Below, piece after piece: positions 19,689-27,020 of a DNA stretch of 40,078 nt. How positions within the stretch are numbered: position 1 is the first letter of the stretch; every line of letters starts with the position of its first letter. The DNA lies in IMG/VR virus record IMGVR_UViG_3300037484_000645, positions 1-40,078 of that record. The stretch is one strand, 5' to 3'. The DNA is from a virus (Duplodnaviria > Caudoviricetes). The position numbers and the translations under genes were made by a program. The notes under the pieces are model-generated. The model was not told where the DNA came from, did not search any database, and saw only the letters and a list, made by a program, of their open reading frames with translations.

Positions 19689-19928
19689 ATGACCGCCCGC
19701 GCCAAGCTCCGCTGCTCCTCCGTCGAAGACTTCGGACCCACCGCGGCCCGCAGCTACAAGTTCCACGCCGCCACCGACAAGACGGGCATCCCCGAGGACC
19801 AGCAGTTCACCAAGTACACGCCGTCCGCGTCCCTGACCATGGCCGTCGACAACCCCAACGTCGTCTTCGAGCCGGGCAAGGAGTACTTCGTCGACTTCAC
19901 CCCGGTAGACGCCGAGGCCCCGGCGTGA
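19689..19928 (+). CDS. Small phage hypothetical protein
   Basis: GGAGG RBS; FTKYTPSASL..VDNP...FEPGKEYFVDFT. Confidence 0.8.
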   Translation: MTARAKLRCSSVEDFGPTAARSYKFHAATDKTGIPEDQQFTKYTPSASLTMAVDNPNVVFEPGKEYFVDFTPVDAEAPA

Positions 19929-20194
19929 GCGCGAAGCCCTCCGTAGGCCGCATCGTTCACTACGTCAGCTACGGCACCCCCGGCGGCGAGTACGGCCAGG
20001 AGTGCCGGGCGGCTGTCATCACCGCAGTCCACCCGAGCAAGGGCGCTGGCACCCTCGCCGACCTCAACGGGCCGGAAGAGGTGGACCTCTGCGTACTCAA
20101 CCCGACCGGCCTGTTCTTCAACCAGAACTGCCGCCACTCCGAAGGTCAGCAGTCGGGCGGTACCTGGCACTGGCCTGAACGCGTCGGCTCCTGA
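19925..20194 (+). CDS. Small phage hypothetical protein
   Basis: GTGA coupling; KPSVGRIVHYV...CRAAVIT...GTWHWPERV. Confidence 0.8.
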   Translation: MSAKPSVGRIVHYVSYGTPGGEYGQECRAAVITAVHPSKGAGTLADLNGPEEVDLCVLNPTGLFFNQNCRHSEGQQSGGTWHWPERVGS

Positions 20195-20248
20195 CCTGCG
20201 CGACCAGCGCCGGTCTTCTCATTTCCCGACCTCATCTGAGGAGTGACC

Positions 20249-20416
20249 ATGCTCGAATATGCCAAGGCCATCACCGCGGCTGTCGTCGCCGGGGCCGGCA
20301 CCCTGTCCACCGCCCTGGCCGACGACAACGTCACGACCGGCGAATGGCTGGCCATCGGCCTGGCTGTCCTGGCCGCCCTGGGCATCACCGCCTGGGTCCC
20401 CAACAAGACGCCCTGA
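20249..20416 (+). CDS. Small holin-like protein (55 aa, absent from ORF track)
   Basis: GAGGAG RBS; MLEYAKAITAAVVAGAGTLSTALADDNVTTGEWLAIGLAVLAALGITAWVPNKTP, two TM helices ending in VPN. Confidence 0.8.
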   Translation: MLEYAKAITAAVVAGAGTLSTALADDNVTTGEWLAIGLAVLAALGITAWVPNKTP

Positions 20417-20604
20417 ACTGTCACCCCGGAGCCGTAGGCTTCTCCGCAGACTCCCACTCAGGGGTGACGTTCAGGGATGGGTGTTCGGTCCGGCTCATGG
20501 CCATCGGCGATCGGCAGGCTCCTGCAAGCCTGAAGAGCAGGCCCTGTCACTCCGCTCACCGGATAAGACCTGGCGGCTAGCCATGAGATGCGGCTACCAG
20601 GCAG

Positions 20605-20640
20605 AAGCGCCCCACACCCATCAGGGTGTGGGGCGCTTTT
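20605..20640. terminator. Intrinsic terminator ending the late operon (probably bidirectional)
   Basis: 15-bp stem AAGCGCCCCACACCC-ATCA-GGGTGTGGGGCGCTT then TT, between convergent genes. Confidence 0.85.
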
Positions 20641-20659
20641 CGCGTGCCCGGGGTCAGGA

Positions 20660-20959
20660 TTACTGGTCGTTGAACAGCTCGAGCTGGTCGACGCCGTCGG
20701 GCACGGGGGTGGGGGTGGTCAGGCGCAGGCACCGCCCGCAGGTCACCGGCCCCTCATGGGGGCTGGTCGCGTGGGGGTCCCACCCGGACACGCCGACCTG
20801 GCAGGCCGGGCCGGGCAGGAGCTCGCCGACCAGCCACCGCGTCATCGTGACTTCGTGGACCACCCCGGAGGAGCGGACGCGCATGTGGTCGCCCGGCCGG
20901 TACTCATCACGGGCGGTCGCGGCGATCTCGGCGAGGACCTCGGGGACGGACTGGGCCAT
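20660..20959 (-). CDS. Hypothetical Cys/His (putative Zn-binding) protein
   Basis: GGAGG RBS; VVH...PAC...VTCGRC. Confidence 0.7.
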   Translation of the reverse strand: MAQSVPEVLAEIAATARDEYRPGDHMRVRSSGVVHEVTMTRWLVGELLPGPACQVGVSGWDPHATSPHEGPVTCGRCLRLTTPTPVPDGVDQLELFNDQ

Positions 20960-20988
20960 GACTGCACCTCCCTGCCGAAACTATTCGA

Positions 20989-21867
20989 TCAGACCGGGGC
21001 GAGCGCGTCATGGATGGCGCGGGCGCGGGGGTGGCCGACACGGAGCTTGGCGCGGATCTTGTTGACCGAGGGTGTCTCACCGGTCGCGAGGACCTCGGCG
21101 AACCGGTCATGGGCGGTCGCGAGAAGCCGGGGCAGTTCGGGATCGGGCGGTGCGACGGGAGCTGCGGGCGTGGGTGCCACGGGTGCGACGGCGGCTGCGG
21201 CCGCGGTGGTCTGGGGACGGCGGCCGCGGCGTCGGCGGGCGGGAGGGTCCGTGACCGCCAGGGCCGGACGGCGGCGGCGCGGCGACCGGTAGTCCTGAAC
21301 GGCTTCGGCGTGGCCGAGCTCGAGCGGGGCCTGACCGCGCAGGACCGCCAGCTCGTACTCGGGGACCACGGGCGGGAGCTTGGGCGCGGGGTCGTCGGTC
21401 TGGGCGGCGGCCGCTTTCCTGCGGCCGGTCTGGATGAGGGCGTGGCCGGACACGACCATGAGCCCGTCGACGCCCAGCGGGCCGAGCAGGGCGGTGATGT
21501 CGTCCTCGCCGTAGGCCAGGAGCAGGCCGCGCAGGTGGAGGTAGGAAACGATCGCGGCTACGCCGGCGACGAGGGCGGCCCCGCCGTAGCGTGAAGCCCG
21601 GCCTCGCCAGGTGTTCGGCCAGGCCACCCGGGAGAGGATCTCCACGGTCACGAGGAGGGCCAGGGGGAAGAACGCGGCGGCGGCCTGGGACCCGGCTTCG
21701 GGCTGCCACTGGTCGGCGGTGAGCCCGGACGCGGCAAGCATGCCCGGGGTGGGGTGCCAGGTGTGGGCGATGTTACCTGCCACGCTCACGGCGGTGCCGA
21801 GGAGGAACCCGGTGGTGGCCCAGAATCTGCCCCCGGTCAGGGGCGCCTGGTCTTCTGATGCGTGCAT
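20989..21867 (-). CDS. DUF2637-like multi-pass membrane protein (actinomycete plasmid/ICE Spd-like)
   Basis: SVAGNIAH, PLALLVTVE, AIVSYLHL and PLGVDGLMVV TM motifs; C-terminal PSVNKIRAKLRVGHPRAR HTH-like tail. Confidence 0.75.
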   Translation of the reverse strand: MHASEDQAPLTGGRFWATTGFLLGTAVSVAGNIAHTWHPTPGMLAASGLTADQWQPEAGSQAAAAFFPLALLVTVEILSRVAWPNTWRGRASRYGGAALVAGVAAIVSYLHLRGLLLAYGEDDITALLGPLGVDGLMVVSGHALIQTGRRKAAAAQTDDPAPKLPPVVPEYELAVLRGQAPLELGHAEAVQDYRSPRRRRPALAVTDPPARRRRGRRPQTTAAAAAVAPVAPTPAAPVAPPDPELPRLLATAHDRFAEVLATGETPSVNKIRAKLRVGHPRARAIHDALAPV

Positions 21868-21948
21868 GAGTTCTCCAAAGGGGGGTCGCGTTCTGTCGCG
21901 TTGACCCGGCCCCGGTAACGCGACAACGAACCCGGGGCCGGGGGTCTA

Positions 21949-22056
21949 TTAGCGGTGTCGGCCTTTCGGCCGCACCTTGTGAGCGACCAACCCGATCAGG
22001 GCGGTCACGATGAGGACCAGGCCGACGACGACGCCGATCCAGCCGAGATCGGTCAA
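21949..22056 (-). CDS. 35-aa single-TM peptide (absent from ORF track)
   Basis: TTGA coupling to the upstream gene; MTDLGWIGVVVGLVLIVTALIGLVAHKVRPKGRHR. Confidence 0.65.
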   Translation of the reverse strand: MTDLGWIGVVVGLVLIVTALIGLVAHKVRPKGRHR

Positions 22057-22334
22057 CGCCGCTCACGCCCCGCCTGGGCGAAATGTGCCATCCGTTCGGC
22101 ATGACCGGCCGGGCCGGGTCGCGACTGAATATAGGCCGACACCTTCTCGGTCTCTTCAGGTGTGAGAGGCGCGGTGACCGGCGCCTCTCGCCCGCTGGCC
22201 ACCGTGGGAATGGAATCAAGGACCAGCATGAGAGCCAGACCGGGTGTGAGCGGCGTGCCAGGTGCGGGCCGTACCGCGATCGGTGGCCGCCAGTCGTTGC
22301 GCCACTGGACGTGCTCGGGGCTAACGCGTCCCAT
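22053..22334 (-). CDS. Hypothetical protein (MGRVSPEHVQW...)
   Basis: AGGAG RBS before ATG at 22334. Confidence 0.55.
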   Translation of the reverse strand: MGRVSPEHVQWRNDWRPPIAVRPAPGTPLTPGLALMLVLDSIPTVASGREAPVTAPLTPEETEKVSAYIQSRPGPAGHAERMAHFAQAGRERR

Positions 22335-22577
22335 AAGGGTGCTCCTGCATGAATGGGGGTAGATGCGGCGGCCAGGACGTGACGCCCGGGACAAGGGGAT
22401 GGCGGTGTCGAACAGCCGCCGCACGAACAAGGGGGCGGGGACGTACGGCCCGGAGCGCAGGCGCGGAACGCTCAACGGGCCATACGGTTTCCCCGAACCG
22501 ACCGGGCTCACGCTCGGACGGGCGGTAGTGTGAGGGTGCCGGTCGACCCCGCCAAGAGACTCCCGGCACCCCCACGA

Positions 22578-22805
22578 TCATGACCTCGCCTGCAGCGAGG
22601 ATTCGAGCTGTGCCTGCTTGGCCAACTCTGCGGACATCACGCTCCAGTCATCCACCATCAGCGTCATGACTAGGCCCTTCCGCTGCTCGATGTCAGTCAG
22701 GTCGAGCTTGTCCAGGCGAGTGGCGATGCGGGTTCCACTCAGCGTGCAGCGGATGTGCCACTGGGGGTATTCAGCTTGGAGCTTGTTCAGGTCGGTTCGT
22801 ACCAC
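22578..22805 (-). CDS. Small hypothetical protein divergent from the Xre gene
   Basis: GAGGA RBS; LQAEYPQWHI...ATR...TL..DD pattern that I recall from genes next to Xre/DUF397 pairs in filamentous actinomycetes. Confidence 0.7.
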   Translation of the reverse strand: MVRTDLNKLQAEYPQWHIRCTLSGTRIATRLDKLDLTDIEQRKGLVMTLMVDDWSVMSAELAKQAQLESSLQARS

Positions 22806-22883
22806 TAGGTCACATCCTCGGATCAGAGCGCCTGGTATAGCAATCGGGGCTCACGGTGCGCGGTGACGCGACTCACTATGCCT

Positions 22884-22910
22884 GTGAACTAGTTCACGGG
22901 AATAGTGAAC
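22884..22910. promoter_or_regulatory. Palindromic operator candidate in the divergent Xre intergenic region
   Basis: Perfect 14-bp palindrome GTGAACTAGTTCAC (22884-22897) plus a third GTGAAC at 22905-22910. Confidence 0.55.
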
Positions 22911-22978
22911 AGGGGTGACAATTGTGTGGCCGAATGTGGCCTTGCCCTCACAGCACGCTCACGGCACACTGTGGCGCC

Positions 22979-23827
22979 ATGGTCCGTCCCGAGAATCCAG
23001 CTACCGTCCGACACCGCCGCATCGCCCTTGAGCTGCGCAAACTCCGCCAGAAGAGCAGGCTGACCGCTCAGGAAGCCGCTGATGCGCTGGGCTGGTCACG
23101 TCCCAAGCTCAACAAGTACGAGACCGCGAGCCGCCGCCCGACCGTTGCCGACGTCGAGCAGATGCTCAACCTCTATGGCTGCGATGAGGCACTGGGCCTG
23201 GCCCTCGTCAAGCTCACCAAGAACATCGGAGTGCGCGGCTGGTGGACCGGCTACGAGGACGTGCTGGACGAGTCTTACCCCGAGCTGGAGTCCGACGCGA
23301 TTGAGATCAGAACCTGGCAGATGGGTGTCATCCCAGGCCTGCTGCAGATCGACGAGTACGCGCTTCCGCTGATACGGCTCGGGTTGCCGGATGCCTCGGG
23401 GGAATCGCACGCTCGCCGCCTGGCCGCCAGGGCCGCCCGTCGCGCGATCCTCAAACAGCCTGACGGACCGACCCTCCACGCCGTCATAGACGAGGCGGCT
23501 CTCCGCCGGCCGATCGGTGGAACCGAGGCCTGGCGCAAACAACTTGAGGCTCTGCTCGCGAGCGCAGAGCTGCCGAACATCCGGATCCAGGTGATGCCGC
23601 TGACGCATTGGCAGCACCCGGGGCTCGACGGCCCGGTGGTTTTGCTGGGTTTCGGAGGAACAGTGCTCCTAGATGTGGGCTATCTGGAAGGAGCGGTCGG
23701 GACTGGCATCTACCTTGAGGACATCGCCCAGGTAACACGATGTAGCGTTAACTTTGAACAGATCTCCAGGTCCGCGCTTTCAGACGAAGAATCGAAAGCG
23801 TTCATCGGGGGTCTGCTCAACGCGTGA
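22979..23827 (+). CDS. WhiJ-like Xre HTH regulator with DUF5753 domain
   Basis: RRIALELRKLR HTH, GWW, IPGLLQ..Y, VIDEAALRRPIGG, NIRIQVMP, ALSDEES. Confidence 0.92.
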   Translation: MVRPENPATVRHRRIALELRKLRQKSRLTAQEAADALGWSRPKLNKYETASRRPTVADVEQMLNLYGCDEALGLALVKLTKNIGVRGWWTGYEDVLDESYPELESDAIEIRTWQMGVIPGLLQIDEYALPLIRLGLPDASGESHARRLAARAARRAILKQPDGPTLHAVIDEAALRRPIGGTEAWRKQLEALLASAELPNIRIQVMPLTHWQHPGLDGPVVLLGFGGTVLLDVGYLEGAVGTGIYLEDIAQVTRCSVNFEQISRSALSDEESKAFIGGLLNA

Positions 23828-23851
23828 GTCCCTGCCCCACAAGGAGTTCCT

Positions 23852-24091
23852 TTGCATACCGCTTCCCCGTTCAGTTCCGCGCGCCTTGAGTGGCGCAAAG
23901 CCAGCCGCAGTACCGGCAGCGGCAACGATTGTGTCGAGCTCTCCCAAGCCGAAGGCATGATCGGCGTCCGCGACAGCAAGATGCGGGACGCCCAGGGCCG
24001 AAATGTCAGCCATGTGTTCGAGCTCACTCGGACGCAGTGGCGCAGCCTTTCAGAACGGATCAAGAGCCAGAACGACGCTCCCCAGTTCTGA
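23852..24091 (+). CDS. DUF397 (BldB-family) protein
   Basis: WRKASRS...NDCVEL...GVRDSK...W signature; AAGGAG RBS; directly downstream of the Xre gene. Confidence 0.92.
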   Translation: MHTASPFSSARLEWRKASRSTGSGNDCVELSQAEGMIGVRDSKMRDAQGRNVSHVFELTRTQWRSLSERIKSQNDAPQF

Positions 24092-24097
24092 TAAAGC

Positions 24098-24109
24098 GGG
24101 GGGGGGGGG
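24098..24109 (+). repeat. G12 homopolymer
   Basis: 12 consecutive G just after the DUF397 stop. Confidence 0.8.
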
Positions 24110-24152
24110 CTTCTCGGCGATGCCTTGACTGGCCACTCCCCCACCGACCAGC

Positions 24153-24188
24153 AGAGCCCCCGACCAAGTTACTTGGCCGGGGGCTCTT
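24153..24188. terminator. Terminator hairpin between the Xre/DUF397 operon and attP
   Basis: AGAGCCCCCGACCAAGT-T-ACTTGGCCGGGGGCTCT. Confidence 0.75.
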
Positions 24189-24259
24189 CGCGTGAGTCGG
24201 GTGACCCGTGATCAGGATAGGCCGGGCTACGCCAGCGTGGCCAGCGCCGGGTCAGCATA

Positions 24260-24490
24260 TGCGTGCGTGGTGCGTGATGATCATGTCCCATGCTGACCCA
24301 TGCTGACCCATGCTGACATATTTGCACGTGCATACATGCTGGTCACGGCCAAGATCTAGCCTCTGACCAGGATCGCCAAAGTCTCGACATGATGCGTTTG
24401 CGGTATCACGTCGGATCGAACACATGCGCAGGTCAGCTGTCCGTTCCAAGTGATCGTTCCCGGGCTGTGCGTGCGTGGTGCGTGATGATC
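24260..24490. mobile_element. attP: attP site
   Basis: 23-bp direct repeats TGCGTGCGTGGTGCGTGATGATC (24260-24282, 24468-24490) as arm sites; 3x CCCATGCTGA (24287-24316); core of 11-bp imperfect inverted repeats (24385-24395, 24403-24413) around a 7-bp spacer; adjacent to the int 3' end. Confidence 0.85.
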
Positions 24491-25632
24491 TCCTCCCACG
24501 CTCTTTCCACCATCCCGTGCGCGTCGGGCTGCAGGTGCGCGTACCGCTGGGTGGTCTGCGACGACTCGTGCCCGAGCAGCGCCTGAACGTTGTACAGCGG
24601 GACGCCCTCCTGCACCAGCCAGCTCGCCGCGGTGTGGCGGCAATCATGCGGGTCATAGCGCGGCACCGGATTCTCCCTCTCCTTTGGCGGCCGCTTCCTA
24701 TTCGCTGCTTCGGTCTTCACGTTGGCCGCGTCGATTGCCTTGTACCAGACGACTCGCCAATTCGCCCCCGACACCACAGGAAAGACGGGGTCCCTCTTTG
24801 TGCCGGGGCTGCACCGACTCGCGACGAATAGCCATGCGTCCGGAGCACGGCCCGCCAACAGCGGAGAAAGACCATCGAGCACATGTTGGGGGGCCGGTAC
24901 CTCCCGGCGGCTCTTCGACGTCTTCGGGTATTCCTTCCACTTGCCTTTCTGATCGATCGCGCCCCGGACTCTGATGCGCTTCCGGAACCAGTCCACGGGA
25001 TTGCCCGTGCCGTCATTGCGCTCATTCCCCGCGCAGCCGGCGGCCTCGCCCCACCGCAGCCCGGTGTAAACCATGAGCTCGACCATCGCGGCGTGCCCTG
25101 CCGGAAGCTCGGCCTCGATCCGATCGACCTCCCCGCGCGTGAACCATGTCGGGATCTTCGGCGGCATCGCCGGAAGATCGATCTTCACGCACGGGGTCTC
25201 GTTGATCAGGCCCTCAAGGACCGCGTCGCCGAGCATCTTCGACAGCAGGTTGTACGAGCGCCGGATCGCGGACAGACCGACCCCGTCCTTCTCCATCTTC
25301 CGGATCCAGCCCTGGACGTCCAGGCGTCGGATGCTCATGACTGGCACAGCTTCCCAGCGCGGCAGGATGTGGTGCTTGAACTGACCGTTGTCGCCCCTCA
25401 CCGTCTCAGGCTCGACGACCCGGGCCGCCCGCCACCGCACGGCCCATTCACCCAGCGATATGCGGCCGGCACGCGGGTCACGCCACTGCCCCTTCTCGAT
25501 GTCGGCCTCGAGGTCGTACGCCCATTTCTGGACTACCTTCTTCAGCTTGTCGGTCTTGGTGGTGCGCTTGCGGTTGGGCAGGTAGACGATGCCCTGCCAG
25601 AGGCCGGAGGGGAGCTTACGGAAAGAGGGCAC
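24433..25632 (-). CDS. int: Tyrosine integrase
   Basis: N-terminal arm-binding domain; catalytic TGLRWGE (R), PKT (K), HDCRH, LLGH and TQRY. Confidence 0.96.
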   Translation of the reverse strand: MPSFRKLPSGLWQGIVYLPNRKRTTKTDKLKKVVQKWAYDLEADIEKGQWRDPRAGRISLGEWAVRWRAARVVEPETVRGDNGQFKHHILPRWEAVPVMSIRRLDVQGWIRKMEKDGVGLSAIRRSYNLLSKMLGDAVLEGLINETPCVKIDLPAMPPKIPTWFTRGEVDRIEAELPAGHAAMVELMVYTGLRWGEAAGCAGNERNDGTGNPVDWFRKRIRVRGAIDQKGKWKEYPKTSKSRREVPAPQHVLDGLSPLLAGRAPDAWLFVASRCSPGTKRDPVFPVVSGANWRVVWYKAIDAANVKTEAANRKRPPKERENPVPRYDPHDCRHTAASWLVQEGVPLYNVQALLGHESSQTTQRYAHLQPDAHGMVERAWEEIITHHARTARERSLGTDS

Positions 25633-25659
25633 GGCTCTGATCCTGTTCAGGTGGGAGGG

Positions 25660-26064
25660 TCAGCGACTCGGGTGGAGCTGGATCGGGTGAGGACCGGCGG
25701 GAGCCCCGTCATCGTGGCCCGCCGCGAGCCCATGGAGTACGTCGAGAGTCTCCCTGTGGATCTGGAGACCTCGGTGAGTGTCGGCCCGGACGTCTGCGAC
25801 GGTCCGCTCGATGCCGTCCAGCCGCATGTGGAACCTCCGGGCACGCGCTGAAGACCTCCGGACAAAGACCTCGGCGATAAGAAGCGCGGTCGTAATGGCC
25901 GCCCCGGTGACGAGCGTGGCGGTGATGACACTGACGAGCGAGGCTCCCTGCGCGATGACCGCGCTCCCCGAGCTGGTCACCGCGACGCCAGTGAGGATGA
26001 GGCCGAGCTGAATAGGTGAAAGCTTTACTGGCTGCAACGCCGGGCCTTTCGTTATGCGGGGCAC
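25660..26064 (-). CDS. Two-TM membrane protein between repressor and integrase
   Basis: Two hydrophobic helices followed by a coiled region; start codon uncertain. Confidence 0.6.
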   Translation of the reverse strand: MPRITKGPALQPVKLSPIQLGLILTGVAVTSSGSAVIAQGASLVSVITATLVTGAAITTALLIAEVFVRRSSARARRFHMRLDGIERTVADVRADTHRGLQIHRETLDVLHGLAAGHDDGAPAGPHPIQLHPSR

Positions 26065-26275
26065 CGTGTTGCTGACGAGTCATCTTGTTGCGTGGCGGGG
26101 TCGATCAGCGTTTGTTATGTCCCTTTGGTGAGTATTTCCGCCATCGTCCCGTTCCCGAACTGGGTTCGGGCTGACTCCGGGGTAACAGGGACCTTACCTA
26201 GACGCCCAAATCTGGACATATCGGGGCAAGGTACCCCAGCTATTTCACTATCTGAAATACCGTGAGACTCGCATC

Positions 26276-26950
26276 TCACGAGGCTTCGTTCCTTCGGTCG
26301 AATTCCGCCAGCGTCTCGATCAGGTTCTGCGCCCAGCGCTGCAGCACTCGCTTCTGCCGGGCATCGAGATCCCGGCCAAGGTTCCGAAGAGCCGCTTGCA
26401 CTTCTTGGGCGATCTGCTCCGATTCGTCGAGCAGCTCCTGGTTGCTCTTGTCCCCGTACTTCTCGTCGAGTTCAAGGTCTTGGACTGCATTCGCCACCTC
26501 CGTGTGGCCAGCGGCACGAAGGCGAAACGACTGCACGCCGACAGCACGTGCCATCCGGGCTAGCTCGATCGGGGTCCCCCGATCTTCGCCCTCGGCAATC
26601 CGGTGCCAGCGGTCAGCATCGAGGCCCGACGCCTGGGCCGCCCATGCCTCCGACTCGCCGAGCTCCTGAAGAGCTGCAGAGACCATCTCACGTGCCGCTG
26701 GCACACTCGGGGTCCACAAGTTGAGGCCGCGCCGAACGGCCACCTCGTCAAGGCCCAGGACATCAGCAATCTTGCGAGCGCGCTCATCGTCAACGGCGTT
26801 GACGCCGCGCTCGTAGTTCGACACGAGGGATGCGTCCACTCCCAGGGCGCGGGCGAAATCGACCGCTCGCGTAAAGCCATGCCGCTCCCGCTGCTCCCGA
26901 AGCCAGCGCCCGGCCTGGCCGAGACGCGCGCGTCGATCATCACGGGTCAT
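26276..26950 (-). CDS. Immunity repressor (Xre HTH)
   Basis: LREQRERHGFTRAVDFARALGVDASLVSNYERG HTH; divergent from cro; likely start MTRDD at 26950. Confidence 0.85.
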   Translation of the reverse strand: MTRDDRRARLGQAGRWLREQRERHGFTRAVDFARALGVDASLVSNYERGVNAVDDERARKIADVLGLDEVAVRRGLNLWTPSVPAAREMVSAALQELGESEAWAAQASGLDADRWHRIAEGEDRGTPIELARMARAVGVQSFRLRAAGHTEVANAVQDLELDEKYGDKSNQELLDESEQIAQEVQAALRNLGRDLDARQKRVLQRWAQNLIETLAEFDRRNEAS

Positions 26951-27020
26951 GTCGTGAGCATTGCACACCGGCCATAGCGCTACAAGCAATAACCAGCAGA
27001 CCGAAATAGACAATGAATGA

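Noticed and set aside
20509-20570. Hammerhead or twister ribozyme (CTGAAGAG; CCGGATAA)
   Set aside because: No GAAA after stem II and stem I does not pair properly; the twister core is not recognisable. Kept only as an unassigned structured RNA
20495-20590. tRNA-Cys-like element (loop containing GCA)
   Set aside because: No T-arm GTTCRA, no D-arm and no cloverleaf spacing
24356-24643. 95-aa minus-strand ORF as an independent gene
   Set aside because: Mostly overlaps int out of frame; only the last ~18 codons are meaningful, as the attP-borne replacement gene end
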